DNA of 64,000 nucleotides from an uncultured bacterium (GTDB lineage: Bacteria; Zixibacteria; MSB-5A5; UBA10806): positions 1-64,000 of the forward strand of contig CBEUCH010000015.1 in the NCBI GenBank assembly GCA_965541585.1. Direction: 5' to 3'. The notes under the pieces are model-generated. The model ran no database searches and was not told where the DNA came from. It saw nothing but the letters and a program-made list of their open reading frames with translations. Below, one piece after another: positions 1-10,962 of this stretch; positions within the stretch are counted from its first letter, which is position 1; every line of letters begins with the position of its first letter. The translations under genes and the position numbers were made by a program.

Positions 1-2
1 AG

Positions 3-476
3 GTTATATTCTTATCAGCTATTTTCATAGCCGTATTTTTCATAGATATTGAGTTCACGATTATACCCGATGCTTTCACTTTACCGGGAGTGATTATCGG
101 TTTTGGCATTAGTTTTTTCCCCGGCGGTTTTGTCAACTGGAATCATTCTCTAATCGGTCTTCTTGTGGGAGGTGGGTCGTTTTTTCTTGTTGGCATGCTG
201 GGAGAGTTCTTATTCAAGAAGGAAGCTCTGGGATTTGGCGATGTTAAATTTGCAGCCATGATCGGGGCCTTTCTGGGATGGCAAAATCTGCTTCTCATCC
301 TGATTCTGGCCTCCTTTCTCGGTTCGGTGGTCGGGATATCGATGATCTACCTCACCCGCAAGAAGGGGAAATCCTCATATATTCCTTTCGGGCCGTTCCT
401 CGTAGCGGGGGCGTTGATTGCAGTATATTTCGGCGACATCATCATCAGAGCCTATCTCGATTTCATAGGCGCTTGA
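3..476 (+). CDS. pilD: Prepilin peptidase (A24A), 5'-truncated by window edge
   Basis: Frame is open from base 3 (VIFLSAIFIAVFFIDIEFTIIPDAFTLPG). Contains both catalytic Asp motifs (IDxxxxIIPD; LGFGDVKF) and the C-terminal IPFGPFL motif. Confidence 0.9.
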   Translation, partial: VIFLSAIFIAVFFIDIEFTIIPDAFTLPGVIIGFGISFFPGGFVNWNHSLIGLLVGGGSFFLVGMLGEFLFKKEALGFGDVKFAAMIGAFLGWQNLLLILILASFLGSVVGISMIYLTRKKGKSSYIPFGPFLVAGALIAVYFGDIIIRAYLDFIGA

Positions 477-514
477 ATTTCTGAAATCGGTCTCTTTCCT
501 GCCGATAATTCCTA

Positions 515-2317
515 TTGATGGGCAAAAAGTATGACAGATATGAATTGGAAATCATAATCTCGCTGGGATTTCTGATCCTCTTTTTGATCTCAACCAATTT
601 CATCTCCGGATATTCTTTCGAGCGAGCCATTCAAGGGCAGGCGATGCAATTTGATAAAGCCGCAAATATCGCAGCCAATTTTATCCGGGCCGAGCTGGAA
701 AAAGATGTAAATAAGTGGACTCACTCCAACGAACTGCTGCTGGAGCGACTCCGTGACCTCTCGATGTTGACTGATATCGAGAATATAACCGTGAGCGACA
801 CATCCGATCGGATTATTGGCGAAATAGCTTCGGCGCGATTTGGAGAAGAGGCCGGGTCGATTTTGACTCTGAGAAGGCCTTTGAGGCTTAGCAACGGCCG
901 CATTGCGGCATACCTCACCATTGTGGCAGCCAATCCTATGGGCGATAGATTCGATACGCTTTCCCGCTGGGATGCTGTTTTCAGGGCCGCCGGATTAATC
1001 GCCGCCTTGATCGTAGCCGCCTATTTCATTAGGGCGGTCTTGTATCCGTATCAGCGGATAAAACGCGAGGCGTTGGATTACAATCTCGATTTGAAAGATA
1101 CCGATTCCGGCAAAGGAATTGAATACATTATCGATACTTTCAAGGATGTCATCAGCGAACTCGAAGACAAAAAAACACGCTTGGAGACGATGTATAAAAA
1201 TTCCGAGAAAAGAGCGGATTCTCTTGCCCGTTACAATGAATATATTCTCGGATCGATATCATCGGGGGTGGTTATCTGCGATTCTAAAGGAATCGTTACC
1301 AGGTTCAATCGCTCCGCCGAGAATATATTACGATATTTCGAAAAGGAATGTCGCGGGAAGCATTATCGCGAGATCTTCGGTCAGGAGCATCGCCTGACCT
1401 CAATGCTTGACGAAGCCTTGATCGAGGGGGCAGTCCATTCGCGACTCGAATTCGAGGTGAGGCGTCCCGATGGCGAGATACTGTGGCTCGGCTGCTCCTC
1501 TTCAATGATCAATGATGAAAAAGGGGAGGGGATGGGGGCGGTGCTGCTCATGATCGATCTCACCGAGATCCGACGCCTGCAGGAGCTGTCATCGTATTCG
1601 GAGAAGATGGCCTCGCTGGGAGAGATGTCGGCCGGTATAGCTCACGAAATCAGAAACTCGTTCGCCGCCGTTGTGGGATTCGCCGGGCTGGCGAAAAAAA
1701 GCGGTAATCTTGGCAACAAAGCTGCTAAGCTGGTGGATGCAATTCGGGAAGAATCTATAGCGACAGAGGCCCTCCTTTCCCGTTTCCTGAATTTTGCCAG
1801 ACCTCTTGATCTTAGTCCGGAAGCGATAAATATCCCTCAGCTTATCGATTCCACGCTTGAGCACCTGTCTCATTCGAATCTGGAGATTATAAATATCAAA
1901 TGCCGGCTGTGCGACGATATTCCGATGTTCATCGGTGATCCCGTGCTTTTAAGGCAGGCCCTTACGAATCTGCTTTTGAACGCCTGCGATGCTTTAACCG
2001 ACGGAGGCGATATTTCACTGGATGTGAAAGTGGAAAAGAAAAAGACAGACGGCATGAGCGATCTATTGATATCAGTGGCCGATAACGGTGCGGGCATAGC
2101 CTCCGAATCTCTGGACAAAATCTTCGAGCCGTTCCACACCGATAAGCCTCACGGAACAGGCCTCGGCCTGGCGCTCGTCAAAAAAATAGTGGTGCTCCAC
2201 GAGGGCAGAATCGACGTCCATAGCAAGCCGGGTAAAGGGACGAGGTTTACGATCCATCTGCCCATTAATATGAAATCCGAGAGACCACAAACAAAGAAGG
2301 CCGTCGAAACCGCTTAG
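515..2317 (+). CDS. Membrane PAS-domain sensor histidine kinase (NtrB/PilS-like)
   Basis: Two TM segments, PAS region, H-box AGIAHEIRN, N-box NLLLNACDA, G1 DNGAGI, G2 GTGLGL. Confidence 0.92.
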   Translation: MMGKKYDRYELEIIISLGFLILFLISTNFISGYSFERAIQGQAMQFDKAANIAANFIRAELEKDVNKWTHSNELLLERLRDLSMLTDIENITVSDTSDRIIGEIASARFGEEAGSILTLRRPLRLSNGRIAAYLTIVAANPMGDRFDTLSRWDAVFRAAGLIAALIVAAYFIRAVLYPYQRIKREALDYNLDLKDTDSGKGIEYIIDTFKDVISELEDKKTRLETMYKNSEKRADSLARYNEYILGSISSGVVICDSKGIVTRFNRSAENILRYFEKECRGKHYREIFGQEHRLTSMLDEALIEGAVHSRLEFEVRRPDGEILWLGCSSSMINDEKGEGMGAVLLMIDLTEIRRLQELSSYSEKMASLGEMSAGIAHEIRNSFAAVVGFAGLAKKSGNLGNKAAKLVDAIREESIATEALLSRFLNFARPLDLSPEAINIPQLIDSTLEHLSHSNLEIINIKCRLCDDIPMFIGDPVLLRQALTNLLLNACDALTDGGDISLDVKVEKKKTDGMSDLLISVADNGAGIASESLDKIFEPFHTDKPHGTGLGLALVKKIVVLHEGRIDVHSKPGKGTRFTIHLPINMKSERPQTKKAVETA

Positions 2318-2450
2318 AATCAATCGCCATATATCCGATACGTGTCCAACTTGGTATGCTTTATCTCATTTGATTGATTATACGCGTGGGGTTTCCGAAA
2401 TACTTGACCGCCTGAATGAAAAAGTGTATTTTACGTAGTGGATTTTCGCG

Positions 2451-3725
2451 TTGGAGGTTTTGCTGCGAAAAAGAATATTATTCTATCTAATTGCTACGGG
2501 AGCGTTCCCCGGTTGCGACAATACAAGCGTGTATCGTAATTATGAAACGCCCGAAAACGAACCGCCGACGGTCCCAGCTTATCCCTTTCCAGAAGACGGG
2601 GAGATAGGATCATCGAATGTTGAGCTTAAATGGGTTTCCTATGATTCATATGAGGACACTATAACATTCGATATTTACCTGGGGACCGAATCCTCGCCCC
2701 CGCTGATAAGGGAGAATCATCCGCAAAACTCGTTTACACCTCAACAACTTCAAGGCTCCACAATATATTACTGGAAAATTCTTGCCAAGGATAATCATGG
2801 TAATATTACCGAGGGTCCAATATGGTCGTTTAGTACTTTACGGCCAATATATCTTGTGGGTCGTTGTTCGTCTCCTGGTATTTCCAGCAATATTTCAATT
2901 TTGGGTAATTATGCCTATATAGCAAGTCAAGCCGCTGGCTTACAGATTATCAATATTCAGAATCCCTCCGTTCCGGAGGTTATCGGGGGCTATAATGCCT
3001 GGGGCTTTGCCATGGACATTTTTGCCATCCCAAATATCGTATTTCTTGCAACAGGTACCTCGGGACTTCAAATCTTTGACGTAAGCGATCCCCTTAGTCC
3101 CGATTCCATTACTGTCTATAGTGATACGTCAACCTATATCCATGGAGTTTATATTCGAGGTGATTATGCATTTTTAGCTGATATTGGCGATGGTTTGAGG
3201 ATCATCAGTATCGCTGACCCCGGAAACCCTTTCCTGGTAGGAATTTGTGAAATACAAGGTCCGTCATATGCTTTGACCGTATCAGGTGATTACGCTTATA
3301 TTGCCGGTGGCCTATCAGGTCTTCGGATAATTCACATCCTTGATGTCAACAATCCGACTATCACCGGGAGCATTGATACTGACGGAAGCGTGACAGATGT
3401 TTGCGTGTCAGGGAACCTCGCCTACCTCGCCGATTATAATCGGGGCCTACAGATAATTGATGTTTCGAATCCCGAGGCCCCTTCAATTGTAAGTAATTAT
3501 GATCTACCCAATTTTGCTCAAGGTGTTTTCGCCGATGGCACTTACGCATATGTTGCCAATGCAGGATTTGGTCTAAAGATATTTGATGTTACTGATCCTG
3601 AGGATCCAATCTTAATCGGCCATTATAATACAGCTGCCAGCGCTCACGCTGTTTATGTAGATGATGAATTTATCTACATCGCCGATGGAGTAGGCGGCTT
3701 CTCAATCCTGCAGTTAGCGCCATAG
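2451..3725 (+). CDS. LVIVD-repeat beta-propeller, probable lipoprotein with N-terminal FN3-like segment
   Basis: Repeated 'G.YAY.A....GL.I.D.S.P..P' units; possible lipobox FPGC; 'YYWKILAKD...GPIWSF' FN3-like motif. Confidence 0.8.
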   Translation: MEVLLRKRILFYLIATGAFPGCDNTSVYRNYETPENEPPTVPAYPFPEDGEIGSSNVELKWVSYDSYEDTITFDIYLGTESSPPLIRENHPQNSFTPQQLQGSTIYYWKILAKDNHGNITEGPIWSFSTLRPIYLVGRCSSPGISSNISILGNYAYIASQAAGLQIINIQNPSVPEVIGGYNAWGFAMDIFAIPNIVFLATGTSGLQIFDVSDPLSPDSITVYSDTSTYIHGVYIRGDYAFLADIGDGLRIISIADPGNPFLVGICEIQGPSYALTVSGDYAYIAGGLSGLRIIHILDVNNPTITGSIDTDGSVTDVCVSGNLAYLADYNRGLQIIDVSNPEAPSIVSNYDLPNFAQGVFADGTYAYVANAGFGLKIFDVTDPEDPILIGHYNTAASAHAVYVDDEFIYIADGVGGFSILQLAP

Positions 3726-3817
3726 AGATTTTTCAAAAGGCTGATATAATCCTTTCAAGTGATATTCTCTATCCGAACGGTTAAGCATGCTGAGTTATCT
3801 TTTTGTTACGCGCACAT

Positions 3818-4363
3818 TCATGTCTTGTCCCTGATCCTTTTTCCGCGCTTCATAACATTGAACTCGTCCGATTTCCCTTTGGGAATGCTCAGAGATTGCC
3901 ATTGAGAACCCGCCAAACTTCTTGCCAGAAACACAATCTGTCCCACGTGGTAAGCGTAATGCGCAAGCTGGCGATTTGTGGCCTCTATAACAGTATGCGG
4001 CTCTGTGCGAATAAGAACCGTCTTTTTCAAATCGTCGGGTTCTAACGGCTCCAGAGCGTCAAATAGATATTGCCATCCTCTTTCCCAGGCCTGTAGAATG
4101 CTCTTTTTAGAATCGCCTTTCTCTATGATGAATTCTGAATCGCGATTTCGGTCGGCCTTCTCGCCGTCGGAGGTGAGAAAATCCCTCCATCGCGACCGCA
4201 TATTGCCGGCCATATGCTTTAAGATTATAGCGATGCTGTTGGAATGCTCGTTCGGCATCGCGAAGAGATCTTTATCAGCTACCTGTGATATTGCCTTATC
4301 GGCAAGTTCCCTGAGCTTTCGAAACTGGTTAATAACGTCTTTCAGATAATGATCTTTCTGCAT
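3818..4363 (-). CDS. DUF1572/DinB-like family protein
   Basis: NSIAIILKHMAGNMRSRWRDFLTSDGEK and HYAYHVGQI motifs. ATG at 4363 preferred over the ORF start 4423, which overlaps pmbA. Confidence 0.8.
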   Translation of the reverse strand: MQKDHYLKDVINQFRKLRELADKAISQVADKDLFAMPNEHSNSIAIILKHMAGNMRSRWRDFLTSDGEKADRNRDSEFIIEKGDSKKSILQAWERGWQYLFDALEPLEPDDLKKTVLIRTEPHTVIEATNRQLAHYAYHVGQIVFLARSLAGSQWQSLSIPKGKSDEFNVMKRGKRIRDKT

Positions 4364-4412
4364 GTTTGGTGCCTCGAATTGATGTGAGTTATGAATTGAT
4401 CCGTTACCGCAA

Positions 4413-5762
4413 TCATCCCCCACTCACCGTCATCTCGGCCACCCGGAATGTGGGGGAGGAAACCGGCCCTAAGAATTTCAGATCGTCCCCCACCATATCG
4501 ATATTCTTCAGCATCGTAAGCATATTGGACGCCACGGTTATTCCCTCAACCGGATAAGCCAGCTCTCCGTTTTCGATCCAAATGCCGGATGCGCCAAGGG
4601 AATAGTCGCCCGTGACCGGGTTGGCCCCGAACCCCATCAGATTAGTCAAAAACAGTCCGTTTTTGACCGATTTAATTATATCGTCATAACTGTCCTTGCC
4701 CTCCCGCAGATAGAAATTGAAGGCGCCTATCGACGGCAGAGAATCATAGCTTCGCTGAGCATTGGCGGTTGATCTGGTATTTGCTTTCCTGGCGGTGTAA
4801 GTATCGTACATATACGATTTTAAGAGGCCCTGCGAAATAACCTCCCGGCAGTCGCCCGGCAAACCCTCGCCATCGAATGGAGCCGAAGCCAGTCCTTTTT
4901 TGATGGTAGCATCATCTATAATCGTGACGAGAGGCGAGGCTATTTCCTCGCCAATTTTGCCTACGAGATACGATGCTTTTTTAAACACCGCATCACCGTT
5001 GAGCGCTCCAAGCAGGCTTCCCAGAATGGATATCCCCGTTATATTATCGAAAACCACAGGCACCTTCCCGGTTTTCGGTGTCCTTGCGCCGAGCATCCTC
5101 ACCGTACGCTCAGCCGCCGTCCGGCCTACATCCTCGGGCGAATCGAGCTCGGAGAGATGCCTCTTATATGAAAACCACCAGCCCGCCTGCAGCTTGCCGT
5201 CTTCGCGGGCCACAGGTTTGCAGACGAGATAACAATACGAGGATTTCAGGCTGCAATGCCGCCCGTTGGAATCCGCGAAGGTCGTCACGGTTTCACCGTC
5301 GTAGAATCCTGAACCCTCGGAGTTAAAGATCCTTTCATCGTATTCCATCATCGCCTGCTCCATCCGACGGCAAGCGTCTATCTTCCATTCTGCAGAGATA
5401 TTTCCTATCTCTCCGTCAAAGAGATCGAGATCGGAACGAACCTCAACACCCTTTATTCGGGGAAGACCATTGAAGTCATCTGCTGACACCTCACCGGCAA
5501 GGTTCGCCGCCCGCTCCGCAGATTTTTTCATGCCGGATTCGGAGAAATCCGAACTGAAACAAAATCCCAGTTTCTTGTTCTTGAAGACCCGGAGTCCATA
5601 TCCTTGCGATCGTGCCTCTTTGACGTTCTCGGTCTCACCCATCCTGAACGAGACCTCGGATTCACGCCCGCTCTGAATGTAAATATCAGCTTCATCTGCG
5701 CCGCTGCCGATGGCCTTTTTGATTACGTCTTCTGCAAATTGCTCCAGGCTGCTCTGCATCAT
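4413..5762 (-). CDS. pmbA: PmbA/TldE metalloprotease subunit
   Basis: PFDGEG and NPVTGDYSLGASG motifs; no HExxxH; 4-bp overlap with tldD. Confidence 0.9.
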   Translation of the reverse strand: MMQSSLEQFAEDVIKKAIGSGADEADIYIQSGRESEVSFRMGETENVKEARSQGYGLRVFKNKKLGFCFSSDFSESGMKKSAERAANLAGEVSADDFNGLPRIKGVEVRSDLDLFDGEIGNISAEWKIDACRRMEQAMMEYDERIFNSEGSGFYDGETVTTFADSNGRHCSLKSSYCYLVCKPVAREDGKLQAGWWFSYKRHLSELDSPEDVGRTAAERTVRMLGARTPKTGKVPVVFDNITGISILGSLLGALNGDAVFKKASYLVGKIGEEIASPLVTIIDDATIKKGLASAPFDGEGLPGDCREVISQGLLKSYMYDTYTARKANTRSTANAQRSYDSLPSIGAFNFYLREGKDSYDDIIKSVKNGLFLTNLMGFGANPVTGDYSLGASGIWIENGELAYPVEGITVASNMLTMLKNIDMVGDDLKFLGPVSSPTFRVAEMTVSGG

Positions 5763-7258
5763 TCCTCCGTGGCCAGCATCGATCTTCCCGCAATGTTCGT
5801 TCCACCAACGGTAATCTCCGAGACTTTACAGGTCGGCAGACCCACACCGACGGGCACCGACTGGCCGTCCTTGCCGCAGGTTCCCACTCCGGGATCATAC
5901 TCGAGATCATTTCCTACCATGACTACTTTCTGCAAAACCTCCGGACCCGTTCCGATGAGATTGGCTCCTTTCACCGGGTATGTGATCTTGCCGTCCTCGA
6001 TCATATATCCCTCGGTGACCTGAAAGACGAACTGCCCATTGGATATATCAACCTGTCCGCCGCCGAAGGACTTGGCATATAAGCCCCTTTTCACCGATGA
6101 TATGATTTCTTCGGGCGTGTGTTCGCCGGGTAACATGAAAGTGTTTGTCATCCGTGGCAGCGGGTAGTGCTGGTATGATTCCCGCCTGCCGGAACCGGTT
6201 AAATCTATCTCCATAAGCTTTGCATTCATACGGTCTGACATGTATCCTTTGAGAATTCCGTTTTCGATAAGAACGTTTCTCCGGGAGTGATTTCCTTCGT
6301 CATCCATATTCAAAGAGCCTCGAAGATTCGGGATGGTGCCATCATCCACCACGGTGCATAACTCTGATGCCACTTTTTGTCCGATCTTCCCGGAATACAG
6401 CGATGTTTTCTTGCGATTGAAATCCGCCTCGAGTCCATGTCCAATGGCCTCATGAAGAAGAATACCCGCCCATCCGTTTCCCAGGACGACGGTCTGTGGT
6501 CCCGCAGGCGCATCTTTGGCCGAAAGCAGGACGAGAGCCTGCCTCACAGCCTCCCGGGCAAGCATCTCCGGGGTGTTATTCTTAAAATGCTCGAATCCGG
6601 TTCGCCCTCCACTTCCATGACGACCGGTTTGCCTGTTGTCATCTTCTGCTGCGTATGCTGCCACGTTGAATCTGGTCATGACTCGCTGGTCCCCGGCCAA
6701 CAGGCCGTTGGAGTTTGCAACCGCCACCAGTTTGACCCCATCCCAGAGCGAGGCCTCGACCTGGTAGACCCTGCTATCCATATCGAATGCCGCCCCGTTG
6801 GCTCTCCGAAGCAAATCTGCTTTCATGGAAACGTCCACGCTGTCAGGATATTCATCTATATGCGAGACGCTTTTTATTCTCTGCGGCAAGATATTCAACG
6901 CATACTTCCCGCTGGCAGCCGAGCTCGAAGCTATGAAAGACGCCGTTGTAGCCGCACCCAGGAGATCTTTTATCTCAAAATGCTCCGAATAGGCATATCC
7001 GGTTTTCTCACCATGAATCACCCTGATTCCAACCCCCGCTGAATACCCGGATTGCGCCTGCCTGATCTTGCTCTCTTCGAGAGATATGCCGTTTATTACA
7101 GAAAATTCTGCATAGATCTCGGCAAATTCCCCTCCACGGTCCAGCGCGGCAGAGAAAATCTTGTCGAAATTGTCCGCGGTCAATAGATGCTCGAATAACC
7201 TGAAGCCGGACCTGACGGTGTCTGCAATCTCAATATCTGCGTACAGCTCTTTGATCAT
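5759..7258 (-). CDS. tldD: TldD metalloprotease
   Basis: LLHEAIGHGLEADF, PRMTNTFM and CGKDGQSVPVGVG motifs. Confidence 0.95.
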   Translation of the reverse strand: MIKELYADIEIADTVRSGFRLFEHLLTADNFDKIFSAALDRGGEFAEIYAEFSVINGISLEESKIRQAQSGYSAGVGIRVIHGEKTGYAYSEHFEIKDLLGAATTASFIASSSAASGKYALNILPQRIKSVSHIDEYPDSVDVSMKADLLRRANGAAFDMDSRVYQVEASLWDGVKLVAVANSNGLLAGDQRVMTRFNVAAYAAEDDNRQTGRHGSGGRTGFEHFKNNTPEMLAREAVRQALVLLSAKDAPAGPQTVVLGNGWAGILLHEAIGHGLEADFNRKKTSLYSGKIGQKVASELCTVVDDGTIPNLRGSLNMDDEGNHSRRNVLIENGILKGYMSDRMNAKLMEIDLTGSGRRESYQHYPLPRMTNTFMLPGEHTPEEIISSVKRGLYAKSFGGGQVDISNGQFVFQVTEGYMIEDGKITYPVKGANLIGTGPEVLQKVVMVGNDLEYDPGVGTCGKDGQSVPVGVGLPTCKVSEITVGGTNIAGRSMLATEE

Positions 7259-7480
7259 CTGATTTTCCTATTCCTGCAAATAAGTGGGACCTTATCGCAT
7301 CGCCTGATCAACCGAATCCTGCACCCCGGCTGAGCCCACTCGCGGCCTTCCGCTTAATATGACAAATGGGCATACTGTTCAACAATGAAAAAACCTAAAA
7401 AGATCCGGCTGCAGGTATTAGCCCGATAAAGCGCAGAAATTAGTGGTCGATAACAATAGCAAAACACTGAAGGGAATTGG

Positions 7481-8794
7481 ATGTCTCTAAGAAATAAGAT
7501 ATTGGCGCGGCTCGGTTCGATCGATGTTATCTCTGCTCCCCCGGCCATCATCTCCGAGGTTCTCTCGCTGTTGAACCAGGAGGATTCCTCCTCGGTGAAG
7601 CTCTCCCGGATTATTTTAAAGGATCCCAACCTCACGGCAAGGGTTCTCAGGATCGCCAATTCGACATTCTATGGTTATCGCGGGCAGGTGAATAACGTCA
7701 ATCAAGCCGTGATGATATTGGGACAGAACATGGTAAAATGTCTTGTGCTGTCGATCTCGATTTATGATCAGGTCATATCGAAGGATCCCGGTAAAGAAAA
7801 AGAATTCAATAGACTCTGGCAGCATTTTCTTGAGACTGCGACTGCTGCCAAGAACGTGGCGCTACATATAGGTTATGAGATGCTGGAGGAGGCCTATGTT
7901 GCCGGGTTGCTCCATGATTTCGGGCGGCTCTTTCTTTTGAGATATTTTGGAAAGGAAACCTTTCAAGCAAACCGGCTTCTGGCTGACGGCATGACACTGA
8001 TCGAGGCCGAGCAAAAATTATTCGGTATCGATCACCAGGAGATCGGGGGGATCATCGCCTCCCGATGGAATCTGCCGATTTCCCTGGTTCAGGCTATCGG
8101 AAACCATCATCCGCTTGACGGGGAAACGCTCAAGGAGCTTCCTTTGCTCTCCAGAATAGTCGCCATCTCGGACAATCTTTCACATACCGGTAATGAATTG
8201 CCGGAAAACCTGGACGGCGCCGGATACAGGATTGAAATAATCGATGCCTGCTGCAGTTCCCTCGGGTTGGATATGGACAAGATCAAGAAAGTCTATTCCG
8301 CCATTCCGAGCGAAGTGCTTGGCAATGCCGAGGGGATGGGGCTGAATCTTGGAGAGGCTTTCGAATATCTCTCGCAGGTCAATGCGACGCTATTCAATCT
8401 CTATGTTGAACTGGCCGGTATCTTCAGGGAACGGCAGGAGCTATCCCGCCGTCTGCTGAATGAAGAGCGGCTCGAGGGTACGCTGGAATCTCTTCACATC
8501 GCCCTGGCAACTCTCTCGCATTATATTAATAATGCCATCATGAATATCTCCGGCCAGTGTGAAATCCTGCAGTTGCTGCATGGAAAAGGCGACAAAGAAG
8601 AGATATTTGAAAGGATACCTTCCTTGAGAGAGTCGATCAAATTATCGACCAAGAGGATAACGATGGTTCTGCGGGAGCTTTCGAACATAGCCAGTATGGA
8701 AAAGATCAGTTATTTCAAGAATTCCAGGGCAATAGACATAGAGAAATCACTAAAAGAGCGACTGGAAGACAGTCTTGTAGAAATCGAATCCTGA
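7481..8794 (+). CDS. HDOD-domain protein with C-terminal HisKA-like helix
   Basis: DPNLTARVLRIANS, AGLLHDFG and DHQEIG...WNLP motifs; C-terminal LATLSHYINN H-box-like segment. Confidence 0.85.
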   Translation: MSLRNKILARLGSIDVISAPPAIISEVLSLLNQEDSSSVKLSRIILKDPNLTARVLRIANSTFYGYRGQVNNVNQAVMILGQNMVKCLVLSISIYDQVISKDPGKEKEFNRLWQHFLETATAAKNVALHIGYEMLEEAYVAGLLHDFGRLFLLRYFGKETFQANRLLADGMTLIEAEQKLFGIDHQEIGGIIASRWNLPISLVQAIGNHHPLDGETLKELPLLSRIVAISDNLSHTGNELPENLDGAGYRIEIIDACCSSLGLDMDKIKKVYSAIPSEVLGNAEGMGLNLGEAFEYLSQVNATLFNLYVELAGIFRERQELSRRLLNEERLEGTLESLHIALATLSHYINNAIMNISGQCEILQLLHGKGDKEEIFERIPSLRESIKLSTKRITMVLRELSNIASMEKISYFKNSRAIDIEKSLKERLEDSLVEIES

Positions 8795-8908
8795 TCCGGT
8801 TCGCTCGATTTTATCTGTCCGATAATTATCTCTCACTGCGCGAAAATATATAAGAAACCGCCGCACCGATTATCACACATGCGGCGGCAATACCAGATAA
8901 GAGCTGAT

Positions 8909-9673
8909 CTACTCCACGACAGTTCCTTTGATTGGAATGGATATGCGCGATTCAGGCGCTCCTTCCGCCTCCAGGGTCAGTGATGAAACAAAAGGTCCGG
9001 GAGCCAATTCTGTCATGAGCTCAAGTTTCATGATAGTTGAGTTACCGGGGGCGAGAGCACTATTCTCGAATGAAACTCTGAGGACGTCATCCGGCGGCCT
9101 GTTCGGAGTAAACAGGCTTATGGGATTCTCGCCGCGATTGGCAATATCAAGGGATAACTCTGCCCTTTCACTACCCTTAAATTCCCCGAAATCGGCCACC
9201 TGGGGATTTGACTGAATTGTCGCCAGCGTGTCATTGATCCTTGCCTTAATCGAGAGCTTCAAATATGGGCTTACCGGGTCGTTGCAATCGATCAAAATCG
9301 ATTTTTTGACAGTGCCCTTGAGTTTCTTAGTATTGAGAGATGCTGATATCTCTGCCGTCTCTCCGGGAGCGATTCTATCCGATGACAGCGGAGCGGTGGT
9401 GCAGCCGCAGGTTGGCCTCACCTTGGTAATCACCAGCGTATCGGAGCCGACGTTTTTGAAGACGAAGTCGTACTTGACAATAGATTCTATCGGAATGGAG
9501 CCGAAATCCCAGAGATCATCGATGAATTCTATCCTCGCCTTGGATGCCGGATCGATTTCGATTTTCCACTTGCTCGCTTCAGAAGAGTCTTCCTGGGCTG
9601 TGGCAAGGGCAGAAAACAAAAGTAAAAGACCGGATAAAATAACGAAAACCATTGATTTTCCTGATCGTTTCAT
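8909..9673 (-). CDS. DUF1573 Ig-like domain exported protein
   Basis: Signal peptide; WDFG..FKNVG...PTCGCT...IAPGE motif. Confidence 0.8.
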   Translation of the reverse strand: MKRSGKSMVFVILSGLLLLFSALATAQEDSSEASKWKIEIDPASKARIEFIDDLWDFGSIPIESIVKYDFVFKNVGSDTLVITKVRPTCGCTTAPLSSDRIAPGETAEISASLNTKKLKGTVKKSILIDCNDPVSPYLKLSIKARINDTLATIQSNPQVADFGEFKGSERAELSLDIANRGENPISLFTPNRPPDDVLRVSFENSALAPGNSTIMKLELMTELAPGPFVSSLTLEAEGAPESRISIPIKGTVVE

Positions 9674-9726
9674 TCGTAATTCTCCTTTTTTATTTCAAAT
9701 TACGCCCTATTCCGGAATTGTCAAGT

Positions 9727-10719
9727 TCAATTGGCGAATCCCATCCGGGTCATCCATTTATCGCTATAGATCTTCGATAAATAACGATCACCCGAATCCG
9801 CCAGTATCACCACTGGGAATCTAATATCGGGGTCGTCTTGCAGGACCTGTCTGGTCGCCGCAATCACGGCCCCCGATGATCCACCGCAAAAAAGCCCCTC
9901 CGATTGGGCAAGCTCCCGGGTGGTAATGAACGCCTGCCGGTCGTTTATGGCGATGAACCTGTCTACGACATCAAAATCCATAGCCCTGACTATTTTGTCG
10001 CTGCCGATTCCCTCAACTTCATAGTGGAACGGTTCGATCAGCCTGCCGGTCTCAAAATACGTCTTGAATACCGACCCTACGGAGTCGACCGCAACGATTT
10101 TGATCGCGGGATTCTTCTCTTTTAAGTAACGTCCCACTCCTGAAACTGTCCCGCCCGTTCCGGCGCCGGCTATGAGGCAGTCAATCTCCCCGGCGGTTTG
10201 CCTCCATATTTCAGGGGCGGTTGTCGTATAATGGCAGTCGATATTCTCAGGATTATTGTATTGATCCAGATATATAGAATTCGGCAGTTCAGTGGCCAGC
10301 CGCTCGGCTGTTTTATAGTTGCTCTCAGGCTCGTCCGGTCTGGCGGTGTGCGGCGTAATTGTCAATTCCGCGCCGAAAAGCTCCATCATTTCGCACTTTT
10401 CCCGGGAGTTTTTATCACTCATGACTATTCTGGCTCTGAAGCCCTTGGCAGCGCAGATCCAGGAGACTGCAATTCCGGTGTTGCCCGATGTCACCTCTAT
10501 CACCGTGCCGCCCGCTCTCAGGCTGCCGTCTTTCTCGGCAGACTCAATCAACCATTTTGCCAGCCGGTCTTTAATGGAGCCGCCGGGATTGAGCATCTCA
10601 GCCTTAGCATATATCGTGCAATTCGTCCCGCCCGCGGTTTTTTCCAAGGGGATAAGCGGCGTATCGCCGATCTGATCCAAGACTGACGATTGCATAATGG
10701 TAGCTTGCCGAACCAGCAT
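9727..10719 (-). CDS. PLP-dependent cysteine synthase / cystathionine beta-synthase family
   Basis: NPGGSIKDR (PLP Lys), TSGNTG and GAGTGGT motifs. Alternative start at 10695. Confidence 0.92.
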   Translation of the reverse strand: MLVRQATIMQSSVLDQIGDTPLIPLEKTAGGTNCTIYAKAEMLNPGGSIKDRLAKWLIESAEKDGSLRAGGTVIEVTSGNTGIAVSWICAAKGFRARIVMSDKNSREKCEMMELFGAELTITPHTARPDEPESNYKTAERLATELPNSIYLDQYNNPENIDCHYTTTAPEIWRQTAGEIDCLIAGAGTGGTVSGVGRYLKEKNPAIKIVAVDSVGSVFKTYFETGRLIEPFHYEVEGIGSDKIVRAMDFDVVDRFIAINDRQAFITTRELAQSEGLFCGGSSGAVIAATRQVLQDDPDIRFPVVILADSGDRYLSKIYSDKWMTRMGFAN

Positions 10720-10792
10720 GCTTCATTATACCTGATATCCGCTTATAGGTTCAACCTAAATTTGCCATAAGACACTGGATTGTAATTCCCCT

Positions 10793-10962
10793 GACATCGA
10801 TGATCTCCAAATCCGCTTTTCCGCTATGGATGGACATCGTTTTCACTTTCTCGGAACCACCCGAACCCGTTCAATTCTGCAACAGCCCTGAATTACTTTA
10901 TTCCCGAATTCGGACCCGTTGACCTTTCGATATACGATATCCTCGGCAGGCACATCGATTGA
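10793..10962 (+). pseudogene. Relic of a CTD-bearing secreted protein gene
   Basis: Unannotated frame reads NPLFRYGWTSFSLSRNHPNPFNSATALNYFIPEFGPVDLSIYDILGRHID*, the first half of the CTD found in neighbouring genes, with a premature TGA at 10960-10962. Confidence 0.75.

Noticed and set aside
4900..7042. Long antisense ORFs over tldD/pmbA, and similar shadow ORFs elsewhere (e.g. 28463-29140, 52856-53533)
   Set aside because: They are opposite-strand shadows of well-supported genes and have no motifs.
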